Below, one piece after another: positions 1-9,105 of a stretch of 64,000 bases of DNA; positions within the stretch are counted from its first letter, which is position 1; each line of letters opens with the position of its first letter. Where the stretch lies: IMG/VR virus record IMGVR_UViG_3300045594_000287, positions 1 to 64,000 of that record, one strand, 5' to 3'. The position numbers were made by a program, and so were the translations under genes. This DNA is from a virus (taxonomy: Duplodnaviria > Caudoviricetes). Below the pieces are notes generated by a model. That model was not told the DNA's origin. It was given only the letters and a program-made list of their open reading frames with translations, and searched no databases.

Positions 1-354
1 TTTTGAGGTAGTCGTGGGTAAGAGATTTGTTATAGGGCGCTCGGACGGACAACGCTCCTGGGGGTATTTCTAGTACCTGTGTTATGCTATACTATCCTCG
101 TACAGACTTTTGGACAAAACTGGTTGTTAAGCTTCACTACGACAGCATACGTACCCTCTATGAGGGTTTGAAGTATGTAGTTTGTAGGTATTAGCTTAAT
201 TGAGAAAAATGATGAGTTATATAGGTTCGTCATATGGATTGTATAGGGATAGCGAAGCTTCACTTAATATATTGTACTGTCTCTTAATTTATACAGGCTA
301 GAAAAGCTATTAAACTATATAAGTTAAGAAACACTAGAATATATTAACGAGAAA

Positions 355-407
355 AATAGAAGATGGTATAAACGGGGGAGGAATATCCGCCCATACCATC
401 TTCTATT
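355..407 (-). terminator. Intrinsic terminator ending the leftward operon (possibly bidirectional)
   Basis: Arms AATAGAAGATGGTAT / ATACCATCTTCTATT directly after the stop at 409; T-rich tail on the - strand. Confidence 0.7.
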
Positions 408-408
408 A

Positions 409-645
409 TTATTTAACCGTGACGATAGCGCCACGACTGCTCAGCCACTGTGCACTCTCAATCGTGAGGTTCATGAGTCTCTTCAGCCAGCTTTTCTTAA
501 CTCGGCCGGAATCCTTCGTCTGGCAGATGCCATTGACGGGAATCTCATAGACGACTCCATTAGAAGCTGTCACCTTGCAACCAGAAAAACCGGAGTGAGC
601 CATGACGCCCACGAAACTTGTATGACATGCATTACCTTTAAGCAT
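409..645 (-). CDS. Hypothetical protein (78 aa)
   Basis: ATG at 645 with AAGGAG RBS, overlapping the stop of the upstream gene; the ORF-track start at 675 is less likely. Confidence 0.65.
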   Translation of the reverse strand: MLKGNACHTSFVGVMAHSGFSGCKVTASNGVVYEIPVNGICQTKDSGRVKKSWLKRLMNLTIESAQWLSSRGAIVTVK

Positions 646-1033
646 TTTCTTTTTCTCCTTCATCATCTGTATCATCGGCCGGCATGTTCTTAATGCCGAA
701 ATCTTTCTTGAGTTTCTTGAAATCTTCTACCAGGTCGCCACATACGGCCATCATGGAGTTGATGAAGCTTGCCCCGCTCTGAATCAACATCTTCAGAGGC
801 GTAGCGTTCTTCACGATGATATCCATCAGAGCCGTCGTGAACTCTGCTTTATACTCCATCGTGACCCTAAACGGGTTGGCGAAGTTCAGCGGGGATACTT
901 CTACTCTGATAGCTGGAGTGTCCTGAACGAGACCTTTATCGTCTTCCTTGAATGAATCCTTGAGGCCCAGCTTTACCAGAACCTCATTCATCTTCAGCAT
1001 TTCTTTTGCGGTTAAATACATCTCGATTTTCAT
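638..1033 (-). CDS. Hypothetical protein (131 aa)
   Basis: Tightly packed in the operon, RBS-like GGAGAGG upstream, acidic C-terminal tail. Confidence 0.75.
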   Translation of the reverse strand: MKIEMYLTAKEMLKMNEVLVKLGLKDSFKEDDKGLVQDTPAIRVEVSPLNFANPFRVTMEYKAEFTTALMDIIVKNATPLKMLIQSGASFINSMMAVCGDLVEDFKKLKKDFGIKNMPADDTDDEGEKENA

Positions 1034-1034
1034 C

Positions 1035-1331
1035 TTACTCTGCCTCTCCTTCTACTACTGCTTCAGCCTCTACGGTCTCCACTTCCGGGGCATACTTCTC
1101 TGACTTCTTCTGGCATGCGTCTCCTGCGTCATAGCAGACACCGGACACTTTCTGCCCTGCCCCTTCGATGCCATCAGCACTGAGACGAAGTCCCTTTGCC
1201 GTATATTTTGTCGTGTTCTCCACGACAACTCCCGTGCCTTTGCATACACATGCAAGTCCACGGAATAATCCTGCGAGTACCGTTCCAGCGGCGGCGTTGG
1301 CTTTCATTTCTTCTTCTTTAGTAAGTTCCAT
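1035..1331 (-). CDS. Hypothetical protein (98 aa)
   Basis: AAGGAGAG RBS upstream of ATG; abuts the next gene. Confidence 0.75.
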   Translation of the reverse strand: MELTKEEEMKANAAAGTVLAGLFRGLACVCKGTGVVVENTTKYTAKGLRLSADGIEGAGQKVSGVCYDAGDACQKKSEKYAPEVETVEAEAVVEGEAE

Positions 1332-1435
1332 GATAATTCTCTCCTTTTAAATAACTCTTTTCGTTAACAGCTCTCCAGTCCGGAGCTTAATAAAAGAGAC
1401 AAGAACTGAATCTTGTCTCCTCTGTAAGCTTCGGG

Positions 1436-2251
1436 TCAGAAACCCTCTGCAACCTCAACCGTGTCGCTGTTGCGACGCTGAATGCTCGGAAGCATATCAC
1501 GGGTAGCACGCTCAACATCACGGACGTTCAGCAGATGAATCTGGAACGGGCTGAGATTGCTCTCGTCGTAGTTGCCATTCTCGTCAGCAACCGGAGTGCG
1601 GTCAATCTGATAGGAAATGGACTCTTCCTGAGTCTGCGGATTGGTCACCTTGTACTCATGTACAGTGAAGTCACCATCCTGGAACGGGTCACTGCAGACG
1701 ATGTTGCCATCTTCCGTAGCGCTGATACGATGACCAGTTTCCTCGTCCTTCGTGGATACGAGATGAATCTTCATCCCATCGGAAAGCTCTGTGCCTTCCT
1801 CGGCCGTTACGCCGTAGTAATACAGCTCACTGGCCTTGGTAAATACAACCTTGAGTTTGTCCTGCTCCTGAATGGATGCATGCATTTCGACGAAGTCGCC
1901 GATAGCGTCAAGCCATTCCTCGGACATCCAGTCCTTTACGAGCTTCTGAACAGTCTTATCGACATCACCATCGAAGTCCTTGAATACACGAGTGCATTCA
2001 AACGCACGGATAGCGGCGTCGTCCGGGAGGATGATGTTCAACTGGCCAGCCATCTGACCATCGAGTGCCTGCTGAATCGTCATTGCGGCGATACCCAGAG
2101 CGTTCGGGATGTTGCCACCCTCTGCGTCGGTGATGAACTCTGTTTCTTTGTTCTTGTACGTGTGCATAATGCGGCGTGCAACCTTATTGTTGCGTGCCTT
2201 GATAACTGCGACGTAGTTGGAAATACCTTTTTTCTTCGTGTTGTTAGCCAT
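1436..2251 (-). CDS. Hypothetical acidic protein (271 aa)
   Basis: ATG at 2251 (MANNTKKK) preceded by AGAAAGAGAGG; codon usage like the highly expressed genes. Confidence 0.8.
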   Translation of the reverse strand: MANNTKKKGISNYVAVIKARNNKVARRIMHTYKNKETEFITDAEGGNIPNALGIAAMTIQQALDGQMAGQLNIILPDDAAIRAFECTRVFKDFDGDVDKTVQKLVKDWMSEEWLDAIGDFVEMHASIQEQDKLKVVFTKASELYYYGVTAEEGTELSDGMKIHLVSTKDEETGHRISATEDGNIVCSDPFQDGDFTVHEYKVTNPQTQEESISYQIDRTPVADENGNYDESNLSPFQIHLLNVRDVERATRDMLPSIQRRNSDTVEVAEGF

Positions 2252-2337
2252 GATAATAGCCTCTCTTTCTACCGGTGTCACCGGCAATACAAAGTTGATT
2301 TGATTTTTTTGTTGTTTAGGATTTGTGGCTTGCACCA

Positions 2338-2371
2338 CTCCCCTCACCTATTTTGTATAGGGAGGGAGACC
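2338..2371 (-). repeat. GC-rich hairpin repeat, copy 1 (GGTCTCCCTCCCT...GGTGAGGGG)
   Basis: Near-identical to 2841-2875; both are followed on the - strand by an A/C-rich tract and then an RBS. Confidence 0.7.
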
Positions 2372-2520
2372 GAGCCTTGCTCAGTCTGAGTACTATTGAG
2401 GAATCCGTAGGAAGACCACGGGCTCCTGGAAACCAATTTCCGCGCACGGGCTAAACCCTGCCGGCGGACGTTGAACAGATAGAACTCCTTCCAGAATGAA
2501 CTGTACTTCTTTGCTTTCAT
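2344..2520 (-). CDS. Small basic hypothetical protein (58 aa, MKAKKYSSFWKEFYLF...), not in the ORF track
   Basis: Translated by hand; AGAAAGGA RBS about 10 nt upstream of ATG 2520. Confidence 0.5.
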   Translation of the reverse strand: MKAKKYSSFWKEFYLFNVRRQGLARARKLVSRSPWSSYGFLNSTQTEQGSVSLPIQNR

Positions 2521-2538
2521 GATGTACCATTCCTTTCT

Positions 2539-2778
2539 TTACTCTGTCATATCTTCGTCGAGCTCGAAGTTGTCGAATCGATGCCAGCTTTCACCGCATA
2601 CATTACATGCACAGACATCTCCGTCTCTCTCCTGGCACATATGAGTGCAATAAGCACATGCGTCGAGATTGGACAGTCTTTCCTCGAGCTTTGTGACATC
2701 CTGGCGATGCTGAGCTCTGCTCGTTGCTTCATCGACGAGCGCCTGGACTTTCCAGGCATTTTCTTTGTTTTCTTCCAT
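2539..2778 (-). CDS. Small Cys-rich, putative Zn-binding protein (79 aa)
   Basis: CAYCTHMC...CACNVC; AAGGGAGAG RBS. Confidence 0.7.
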   Translation of the reverse strand: MEENKENAWKVQALVDEATSRAQHRQDVTKLEERLSNLDACAYCTHMCQERDGDVCACNVCGESWHRFDNFELDEDMTE

Positions 2779-2840
2779 GTATATCTCTCCCTTATTTATG
2801 AGTAGTAGTAATTAGTTTTTGATTTATTTGAGGGTTCTGT

Positions 2841-2875
2841 GTCCCCCTCACCCATGTGTTAAAGGGAGGGAGACC
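2841..2875 (-). repeat. GC-rich hairpin repeat, copy 2
   Basis: Matches 2338-2371. Confidence 0.7.
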
Positions 2876-3031
2876 AAACCCATTAGGTCCTCGAATGACC
2901 AAAAGAAGTAGTAAGATAGGAGGTGGACGAAACAACAATGTAGATAGAAAGCAACGGACGAGTATCGAAAGCATTCGGGGTTAAGGGCGTCGTCCGTAGG
3001 ACGCCCAACCCCATCCCCCGTAGGGGGGGGG

Positions 3032-4723
3032 TCAGAATGCAGCAGAAACAGCATACTGGGAATAACGGGAAGAACGGCGAGTTGAGGTGGAAGCATTGGA
3101 GTTGCTAGAGAAGTTCCGGGCCGGCTGAGAAGTTACCGGGGCTTTACCATAGAATGCCAGGACATCACTGTTCGTCTTCGGTGCAGAAAGATTGTCGATA
3201 TAGACATTCTCTACCGTCTCAAAACGGGAAAGAGCGACGTACATCTGACCAGCCGCCCAGAGGTTCTGAGCATAGATGTTGCCAGATTTGTAAGTCTGAC
3301 CCTGAGACTTATGAATCGTAATGGCATAACCAAGAGCGAGGGGGATCTGCTTATAAGAACCAATGGTTACCCGGGAACCATTCTTATAGCCACAGATCTC
3401 CCACTCGTTGATGCCAATACCGCAACGACCAGCATCATCGAAGTCGACAGTAACCCCATCCCGGGAGAAACCGACAACCGTGCCGAACTGGCCATTCTTC
3501 AAACCAGCATCATTGATGTTGGTCATGAGGATAACACGAGCGCCCACCTTCAGCGTGAGCTCTTCTGGAACGACACGATCCGTCTCCTTCACGATGCCAT
3601 CAGAATTAGCGAAGAAGGTCTTCTCCTGCCCAGAGAGCTTGCTGAGCTCACGAGCATTGATTGCTGCAGCAGTCTTCTTGAAACCGCATAGCGTTACTGC
3701 ATCGGCAACAGGAACCTTGGCGCAATGTTCCTGAATATACTTGACACCATCGCTGCCACCAAAACGAATGTCATTGAGGGCAGCTGCATATTCCGGATTC
3801 TTCTGGCGAACAATCTCCGTTAGAAGATGCTTCTCGAAGCCCATCGTCTCCCAAGCCTTAGTCTTAAAAGCAAGACCTTCCGGATTACCAGGGAAGCGAC
3901 GATTAAACTCAGCCTGTTCGTTGCGGCTTACGACAGGAGCCAGCTGCGCGAAATCGCCGCACAGGATAACCTGGATGTGATGTTTCTTACTCTCCATCCA
4001 CACCGCCTTCATGACAGCAGTAAAGATGTCAGCACGCACCATGCTGATCTCGTCGATGATCAGCACTGACACCTTCTCCAGGTTAGAAGTGTCAGCTGTA
4101 CCCTCTGCGATGCCGATGCCAAGCTTGAAGAAGCTGTGCAGCGTCACGCCCTCAATATGCAGCGCTGCGATACCAGTCGGGGCGCAGATCGCTACGCTCT
4201 TACGGCCACGACGACTAACGACCTCCTTGATATACTTCTTAATCAAGAAACTCTTGCCAGCGCCTGCACCGCCAGACAGGAATACATTCTTACCAGAACG
4301 CATTGCCTCGAGAGCTTCAGACTGGCCAGCAGTCAGTCCATCGACCAACTTTGCTGCCGCTTCTTTCTTCACCTCCTCTTTGATGTTATTTACCTTTTCC
4401 ACGACAACCTCATCCTTGAGGATGCCGATGCATTTATATTTCATACCGGCCTTCTTGCTAACCGGTATGAATTTATCTACGAATTCCTGGAGGTCTTCCT
4501 TGACCCCGCCTCTCTTGTCGAATGTATATTCGACGTCACGGCGACCGAGAAGATGAGCGTAAGCAATCATACGTTCAGTCTCTAAAACATTCTCATTGCT
4601 AATAGCAACCCTAAGTGCTTCATTTGCTTTCATGTTCTTTACTACTACAAAACTGTTGTCCATCATTTTAATCTCCTCTTTCTTGTCTACAGCTGTATTG
4701 CTAGAAGTGTTAATATATCTCAT
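3032..4723 (-). CDS. Pif1/RecD-family (SF1B) DNA helicase
   Basis: Motifs GGAGAGKS (Walker A), APTGIAA, IIDEISM (Walker B), GDFAQL, EIVRQ, YAITIHKSQGQT, YVALSR. Start ATG 4723 with AAGGAGG; an alternative in-frame start at about 4666 also has an RBS. Confidence 0.92.
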   Translation of the reverse strand: MRYINTSSNTAVDKKEEIKMMDNSFVVVKNMKANEALRVAISNENVLETERMIAYAHLLGRRDVEYTFDKRGGVKEDLQEFVDKFIPVSKKAGMKYKCIGILKDEVVVEKVNNIKEEVKKEAAAKLVDGLTAGQSEALEAMRSGKNVFLSGGAGAGKSFLIKKYIKEVVSRRGRKSVAICAPTGIAALHIEGVTLHSFFKLGIGIAEGTADTSNLEKVSVLIIDEISMVRADIFTAVMKAVWMESKKHHIQVILCGDFAQLAPVVSRNEQAEFNRRFPGNPEGLAFKTKAWETMGFEKHLLTEIVRQKNPEYAAALNDIRFGGSDGVKYIQEHCAKVPVADAVTLCGFKKTAAAINARELSKLSGQEKTFFANSDGIVKETDRVVPEELTLKVGARVILMTNINDAGLKNGQFGTVVGFSRDGVTVDFDDAGRCGIGINEWEICGYKNGSRVTIGSYKQIPLALGYAITIHKSQGQTYKSGNIYAQNLWAAGQMYVALSRFETVENVYIDNLSAPKTNSDVLAFYGKAPVTSQPARNFSSNSNASTSTRRSSRYSQYAVSAAF

Positions 4724-4733
4724 AATGTCCTCC

Positions 4734-4934
4734 TTAAAATAAAGAAAGCTGCTCGACAGGAGCAGCAGCCATGGCAGCGCGTGGAACATAAGCATAGAGA
4801 TCGCGCAATCCTCTCCATCCCCATTTTTTACAGAAAAAATAGATTGCCTGTTTCTCACTGTAAGCAGCAATCTGTTCCGATGCTCTAGATCCTTTTACCA
4901 GAGCACTGACGTTGTAAATGTTTTTGATTTTCAT
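4734..4934 (-). CDS. Hypothetical protein (66 aa)
   Basis: AGGGGG RBS; fills the gap between the RNAP C-terminal gene and the helicase. Confidence 0.65.
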   Translation of the reverse strand: MKIKNIYNVSALVKGSRASEQIAAYSEKQAIYFFCKKWGWRGLRDLYAYVPRAAMAAAPVEQLSLF

Positions 4935-4981
4935 GATATATTCCCCCTATAGAATATATAGAATTAACTCATCAGAGTGCT

Positions 4982-6913
4982 TTAGCCTACGACGCTTTCG
5001 AAATAGGCCATGCCATCAACTGGCACGCCATTCTCATCTACATCGTATGAAGGAGCAACCTGTTCTTTGGCAGGCTTGCAATAACGACCACTGAGACGAC
5101 CGGTGCGGCGAACCTCATGTTTTGCACTGGACACTTTCATATCTAACGGCTCAACGAACTCGGTATCCTGGCTATCTTTCACGTCAGACATGAGTACGAG
5201 AGCAACCTTATGATTCTTCTTCACCTGCACCCCATGCTTACCGGAGACTTTCATCTCAAGTTCGCAGGAAATCATGCCGGTAATTTTGCCAGTCTTATTA
5301 CGGTACATTGCCTGAATCGATTCCGGATTATCAGAGCCCAAAGAAGTTCTGAATTTACCGATCATCTTTCCATCAACGACAATTGCATCGTGAAGATCTT
5401 TGCCGTCTTGCTGCTTACGATATGGAATCAATGTAACTTCCTTGTCTTCCATCTTTTTCATAACAGCTGTAAGATTTTCATCTCCCCAATCACTCCCCTT
5501 AGTGATAAAGCAGAGAACAGATCCATCCGGATCTTCAGGAGCGAGAACTTCTTTGATGAGCTTAGAAGCTACAAGATGTCCATTCTTGTTCTTGCGAATA
5601 GTGAATTCACCATCAAGCTCATCATCGGCAGCTTTTGCGAATTTGCCATCATCGCCATAAGCCTCGCCGAAAACGAACTCTGCCACATCGCCTTCCTTGA
5701 AGGTGCAGCTGATGAGTTTGTCCTCGGTATACTTTGCAACCTTGTCTTCATCCTTGAAGATCTGCAGCACGAATGCGAGGAACTCCTTATCCAAGACGCC
5801 ATGCGCATAACTGGAATACTGACTGTCTTCTTTGTTATCTCCAACCATGATGACAGATACCAGTACGGCAGCCCGCATGGATGCACTGAGATCGCGCATC
5901 TGGAATCTCAGAGTCTTGGCAAGGTAGGTATAGAAGGGTGCCATATCCTTTTTGAGATCCTTGATATGAGCCTCAGCCTTATAGCGATCAGGATACCGAT
6001 CACGAATATCTCTGATGCGAGTTGCCTGCACATTAGAAATAGAGCTATAAGCCTGTTTTAAGAACTCTGCCACTTGGCAAGCGCCGGTATGTTTTGGCAC
6101 GACAGATGTTTCCATCCATGCCAAAGTACGCTGGCTGAACTGCTGCTTCATCTTTGCAAACTCCTTTGCAAACGTGCAGCCTGCCTTCAATGACAGAATC
6201 CGGAGATCCTGCTGGAAGTCATGAATAACACGCACATCCTGTTTTGTGCCATCCTGAAGCTTCTTGACAGTCGTATATGACGGTCTCTCATCACATACGT
6301 ACTTAACACCGCAGAATCTCTTCCAGCCATGCTCCTTGCGGCCGATAAACTCATCGTGATCCGGTTCAAGGATGATTCTCTTCTTATCCTCATCCATGCA
6401 ATGACGCCAATCGACTTCGAAATTGAAATCGTTGTCGCTGCGTTTCCTTGACATCATTTTGACATTGCTCATGGCCTGGGCATAATCAAGGCAGAGTACC
6501 GGATCACTTGTCTTGAATGTATCAATCGACATCTCCTGCCCCATGCGGCCATTTGCATGAAGATCAGTTAATGCTGCCATGCAATTGTTCTTCGTAAGCT
6601 TCATCTCACGAGAATTCGCGACAATTACATCCGACTTCAAGATATCAATTCCCTGTGTGGGAATGTTATTATCTTGAACTTCCGGATTGCCAAGCGGAGA
6701 CACATATTCTGTTTCTCCACCGTTATTGCCAAAGCCAATATTGAAGATGGCTTTGACATCCTCCGGAACTTCATCTTTTGCAGCATTAAGCTGTACTAAT
6801 GCCTCTGAGAACGGAAGATGACGTACCGTTACTCTACCGACATCCAGGCTGTCATTAGCCAGGATATTTTTGAGGGCTTGGTTTCCAATATTGTAGTTCA
6901 TAACGTTTTCCAT
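4982..6913 (-). CDS. C-terminal part of a split YonO/RdRP-like RNA polymerase (643 aa)
   Basis: NDSLDVGRVT resembles the post-catalytic N..LG.I helix, and QEMSIDTFKT resembles the (A/V)(V/I)D(F/Y)AKT motif of cellular RdRPs and YonO. Own AGGAGG RBS; directly downstream of the DFDGD gene. Confidence 0.7.
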   Translation of the reverse strand: MENVMNYNIGNQALKNILANDSLDVGRVTVRHLPFSEALVQLNAAKDEVPEDVKAIFNIGFGNNGGETEYVSPLGNPEVQDNNIPTQGIDILKSDVIVANSREMKLTKNNCMAALTDLHANGRMGQEMSIDTFKTSDPVLCLDYAQAMSNVKMMSRKRSDNDFNFEVDWRHCMDEDKKRIILEPDHDEFIGRKEHGWKRFCGVKYVCDERPSYTTVKKLQDGTKQDVRVIHDFQQDLRILSLKAGCTFAKEFAKMKQQFSQRTLAWMETSVVPKHTGACQVAEFLKQAYSSISNVQATRIRDIRDRYPDRYKAEAHIKDLKKDMAPFYTYLAKTLRFQMRDLSASMRAAVLVSVIMVGDNKEDSQYSSYAHGVLDKEFLAFVLQIFKDEDKVAKYTEDKLISCTFKEGDVAEFVFGEAYGDDGKFAKAADDELDGEFTIRKNKNGHLVASKLIKEVLAPEDPDGSVLCFITKGSDWGDENLTAVMKKMEDKEVTLIPYRKQQDGKDLHDAIVVDGKMIGKFRTSLGSDNPESIQAMYRNKTGKITGMISCELEMKVSGKHGVQVKKNHKVALVLMSDVKDSQDTEFVEPLDMKVSSAKHEVRRTGRLSGRYCKPAKEQVAPSYDVDENGVPVDGMAYFESVVG

Positions 6914-6962
6914 GATATATTCCTCCTAATAAATAGAGCCGCCCATTGCTGAGCGGCCAACC

Positions 6963-9026
6963 TTATAATGCTGCCTCGAAAGCCTTGTCATCAGCTTTTC
7001 TCTTGACATCCGTATCAATCACGACAGCAAGAGGAGTTACATTCCAGAGAATATCGACAAAGCCGATCTCTCCGTCACTTTCCTCCCCATATCCAACACA
7101 TGCATCCCCATCGAAGTCCATGCCTGCCAGCATATTCTTCAACTCTTCCAGAGCTGGGATGGCAATGTTACCACCGGTCATTTTGCCAGCCTGCTCGATA
7201 ATCAACTTCTTCTGATAAGCAGTCAACTTCTCAGAAGCATTGACTCTGCGAGCATACTCAGCTAAAGAAACCGGTACAGCCTTTGCAAACTCTCTGAAAT
7301 GCATCTTTGGATATTTCACCAGAATCATGCGATTCCATTTAGCTGCATTGGCAACTGGGCTGATCACTTCACATTCTCCATCCTTGGAATACGTGAGAAT
7401 CCGTGCACCGAAGTCGGCGGCAGGATCTGTCGTCAATTTCATATATGCACCAGGCACAGTTACATTCAAGCGATTGAATGCAGTGACCAATCCTTTGCAA
7501 GCATTGTCAATATTACTACGGAAAATCGGTGCATAGTTTTCCAAAACGAATTTTGGAGCAATGCGTCCGATCAGTTGTGGAATATCGACATTTCCACTAC
7601 TGATCTCCGCATACGTCGGTGCGGATCCTTCATCTGCAAGCAGACGCTCACGAATGCTCTCAATCATGGCACGCATCTTACGCTCATACCAGACCTTCGT
7701 GGCTACCGGATCGATAACCATTGCAGACTGGATGCTCTGCGACGATGCGTTTGCGCCAGATTCTGGATGATGTTCAGTATGAGACATATCCAATGCATTC
7801 AGGCCCGACATCCTTGTCAAGTCAAACGGAGCCTTGAGCCCATTGAGATCAGTAGCATAATCCGCTGCTTCCTCGTCGCTCTTCCTTGAATCGACAATGC
7901 GCACCCACTTCCCTGCATATGCGCCTTCTTTGCCTTTAGAAAACACCGTCTTTGTGAACTTCGCCTGGATTTTATCATCTACCTCGTCACGATAGATAGT
8001 AACCATTTTAGTATGGTCAACAGAAATGCGATAATTGACAAACTCTTTCAAGTAAGCCCTCATCACGCACTGAGCCATGACTTTGCAGGTCCAAGGCCTG
8101 GTCTGCAGCGAAATGCCAGCTGGTGCATCAGGCATAACGAAATACCTCTTCGGATCTATCGCAGTAAGGCACTCTGCAACGAATTCCGATGCGACCATTG
8201 CGAATCCATCCTTGAACTCATTTCCAAGATCATCCTTGATCTTGCCCATGTATACAACGAAATTGCCTACATTAAGGAGTGGGGTGCTGCTGGCGCAGAA
8301 CGCTGATAAACGAACATTGCCCTGAGCTACTTCTTTTGGAGAAGCAACGCATGCCAACTGGCAGAGCTGATCACTTGCACCATATGTGACCTTGCTCCAG
8401 ATTGCCTTCCTATCAACTCCAGGAAGGTTGCATGCCGGCATAGTCAGTGTGCTCAACTTAAGCTGGCCTGCTGTACCGCGTGCACAGCTGTCTACATCAT
8501 TGTAGACAATAACGTCTTCTTTAACGTTACCATCGGCATTGAATACCTCAGACAATGGGGCTTCGTTATCCTTTTCTTCACCGAAGCGAAGAAGATCAAT
8601 AAGAACGCCATCATTCTCTGGATTAACCGTGTAGAATCTTTCGTTTACACCATCCTCACGATCCGGCACACGATAAATAACCTGATCGAGGATATATGCC
8701 ATGGCTTTATTCTGAATGGAAACATCCAGAATACCAACGGTATATCTTTGCACCATCTGTGGGCAATCTGCTTCAGTAGTTGCAGCTACTAAAACATTTT
8801 CCTGCATTGGCAACAAGGACGTCTCCAAACTTGGAGTAACGGTGATCAGCATACGCTGAACGCTGTCCTCATTGAAAACGAGCGACGTAGCCTTAAAGCT
8901 AGTCTCTGGCCGACTAAGTGCAAGACTGCGCATTGCCTCTACCTGGTGGGCAGAGAGCACGACTTTCTTTCCAAGAGCACGCTGCTCCCGGATCTTCTCG
9001 TTGCGATGGCTAATAAACTTACTCAT
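6963..9026 (-). CDS. YonO/QDE-1-like double-psi beta-barrel RNA polymerase, catalytic N-terminal part (687 aa)
   Basis: Ordered motifs FKDGFAM (cf. TDG), LQTRPWTCK (cf. Q.R...K), KYPKMH (cf. K/R-x-P-x-x-H) and AGMDFDGD (DFDGD at nt 7104-7118). Start ATG 9026 with AAGGAGG. Confidence 0.85.
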   Translation of the reverse strand: MSKFISHRNEKIREQRALGKKVVLSAHQVEAMRSLALSRPETSFKATSLVFNEDSVQRMLITVTPSLETSLLPMQENVLVAATTEADCPQMVQRYTVGILDVSIQNKAMAYILDQVIYRVPDREDGVNERFYTVNPENDGVLIDLLRFGEEKDNEAPLSEVFNADGNVKEDVIVYNDVDSCARGTAGQLKLSTLTMPACNLPGVDRKAIWSKVTYGASDQLCQLACVASPKEVAQGNVRLSAFCASSTPLLNVGNFVVYMGKIKDDLGNEFKDGFAMVASEFVAECLTAIDPKRYFVMPDAPAGISLQTRPWTCKVMAQCVMRAYLKEFVNYRISVDHTKMVTIYRDEVDDKIQAKFTKTVFSKGKEGAYAGKWVRIVDSRKSDEEAADYATDLNGLKAPFDLTRMSGLNALDMSHTEHHPESGANASSQSIQSAMVIDPVATKVWYERKMRAMIESIRERLLADEGSAPTYAEISSGNVDIPQLIGRIAPKFVLENYAPIFRSNIDNACKGLVTAFNRLNVTVPGAYMKLTTDPAADFGARILTYSKDGECEVISPVANAAKWNRMILVKYPKMHFREFAKAVPVSLAEYARRVNASEKLTAYQKKLIIEQAGKMTGGNIAIPALEELKNMLAGMDFDGDACVGYGEESDGEIGFVDILWNVTPLAVVIDTDVKRKADDKAFEAAL

Positions 9027-9039
9027 TATGGTTTCCTCC

Positions 9040-9068
9040 TTTAATGGATAGACCACCTATGCTATAAT
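9040..9068 (+). promoter_or_regulatory. sigmaA-type extended -10 promoter P1 (antisense to the early operon)
   Basis: TG-C-TATAAT at 9060-9068; weak -35 TTTAAT at 17-bp spacing. Confidence 0.65.
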
Positions 9069-9105
9069 GAGTAATGCATAGGCGGGGTTAAATGGATAGA
9101 CATAG

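Noticed and set aside
1436-2251. RNase H-like fold in the 271-aa protein
   Set aside because: Only a vague secondary-structure impression, with no catalytic residues recognisable.
1535-2389. Long opposite-strand ORFs (also 5210-6061, 22728-23747, 24359-25300, 32047-32805 and others)
   Set aside because: Shadow ORFs of codon-biased real genes; no RBS or recognisable motifs.
2792-3096. ORFs 2792-2974 and 2848-3096
   Set aside because: No RBS, atypical composition, and overlap with structured hairpins; probably non-coding.
6914-6962. Intron, frameshift or pseudogene explanation for the RNAP split
   Set aside because: The gap is only 49 nt and holds a strong RBS; no group I/II intron features; both ORFs are long and intact.
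6963-9026. RNA-dependent (RNAi-like) polymerase acting on the nearby small RNAs
   Set aside because: Tempting given the RdRP-like motifs, but the characterised phage relative YonO is DNA-dependent and nothing in the sequence indicates the template. Left open, not claimed.
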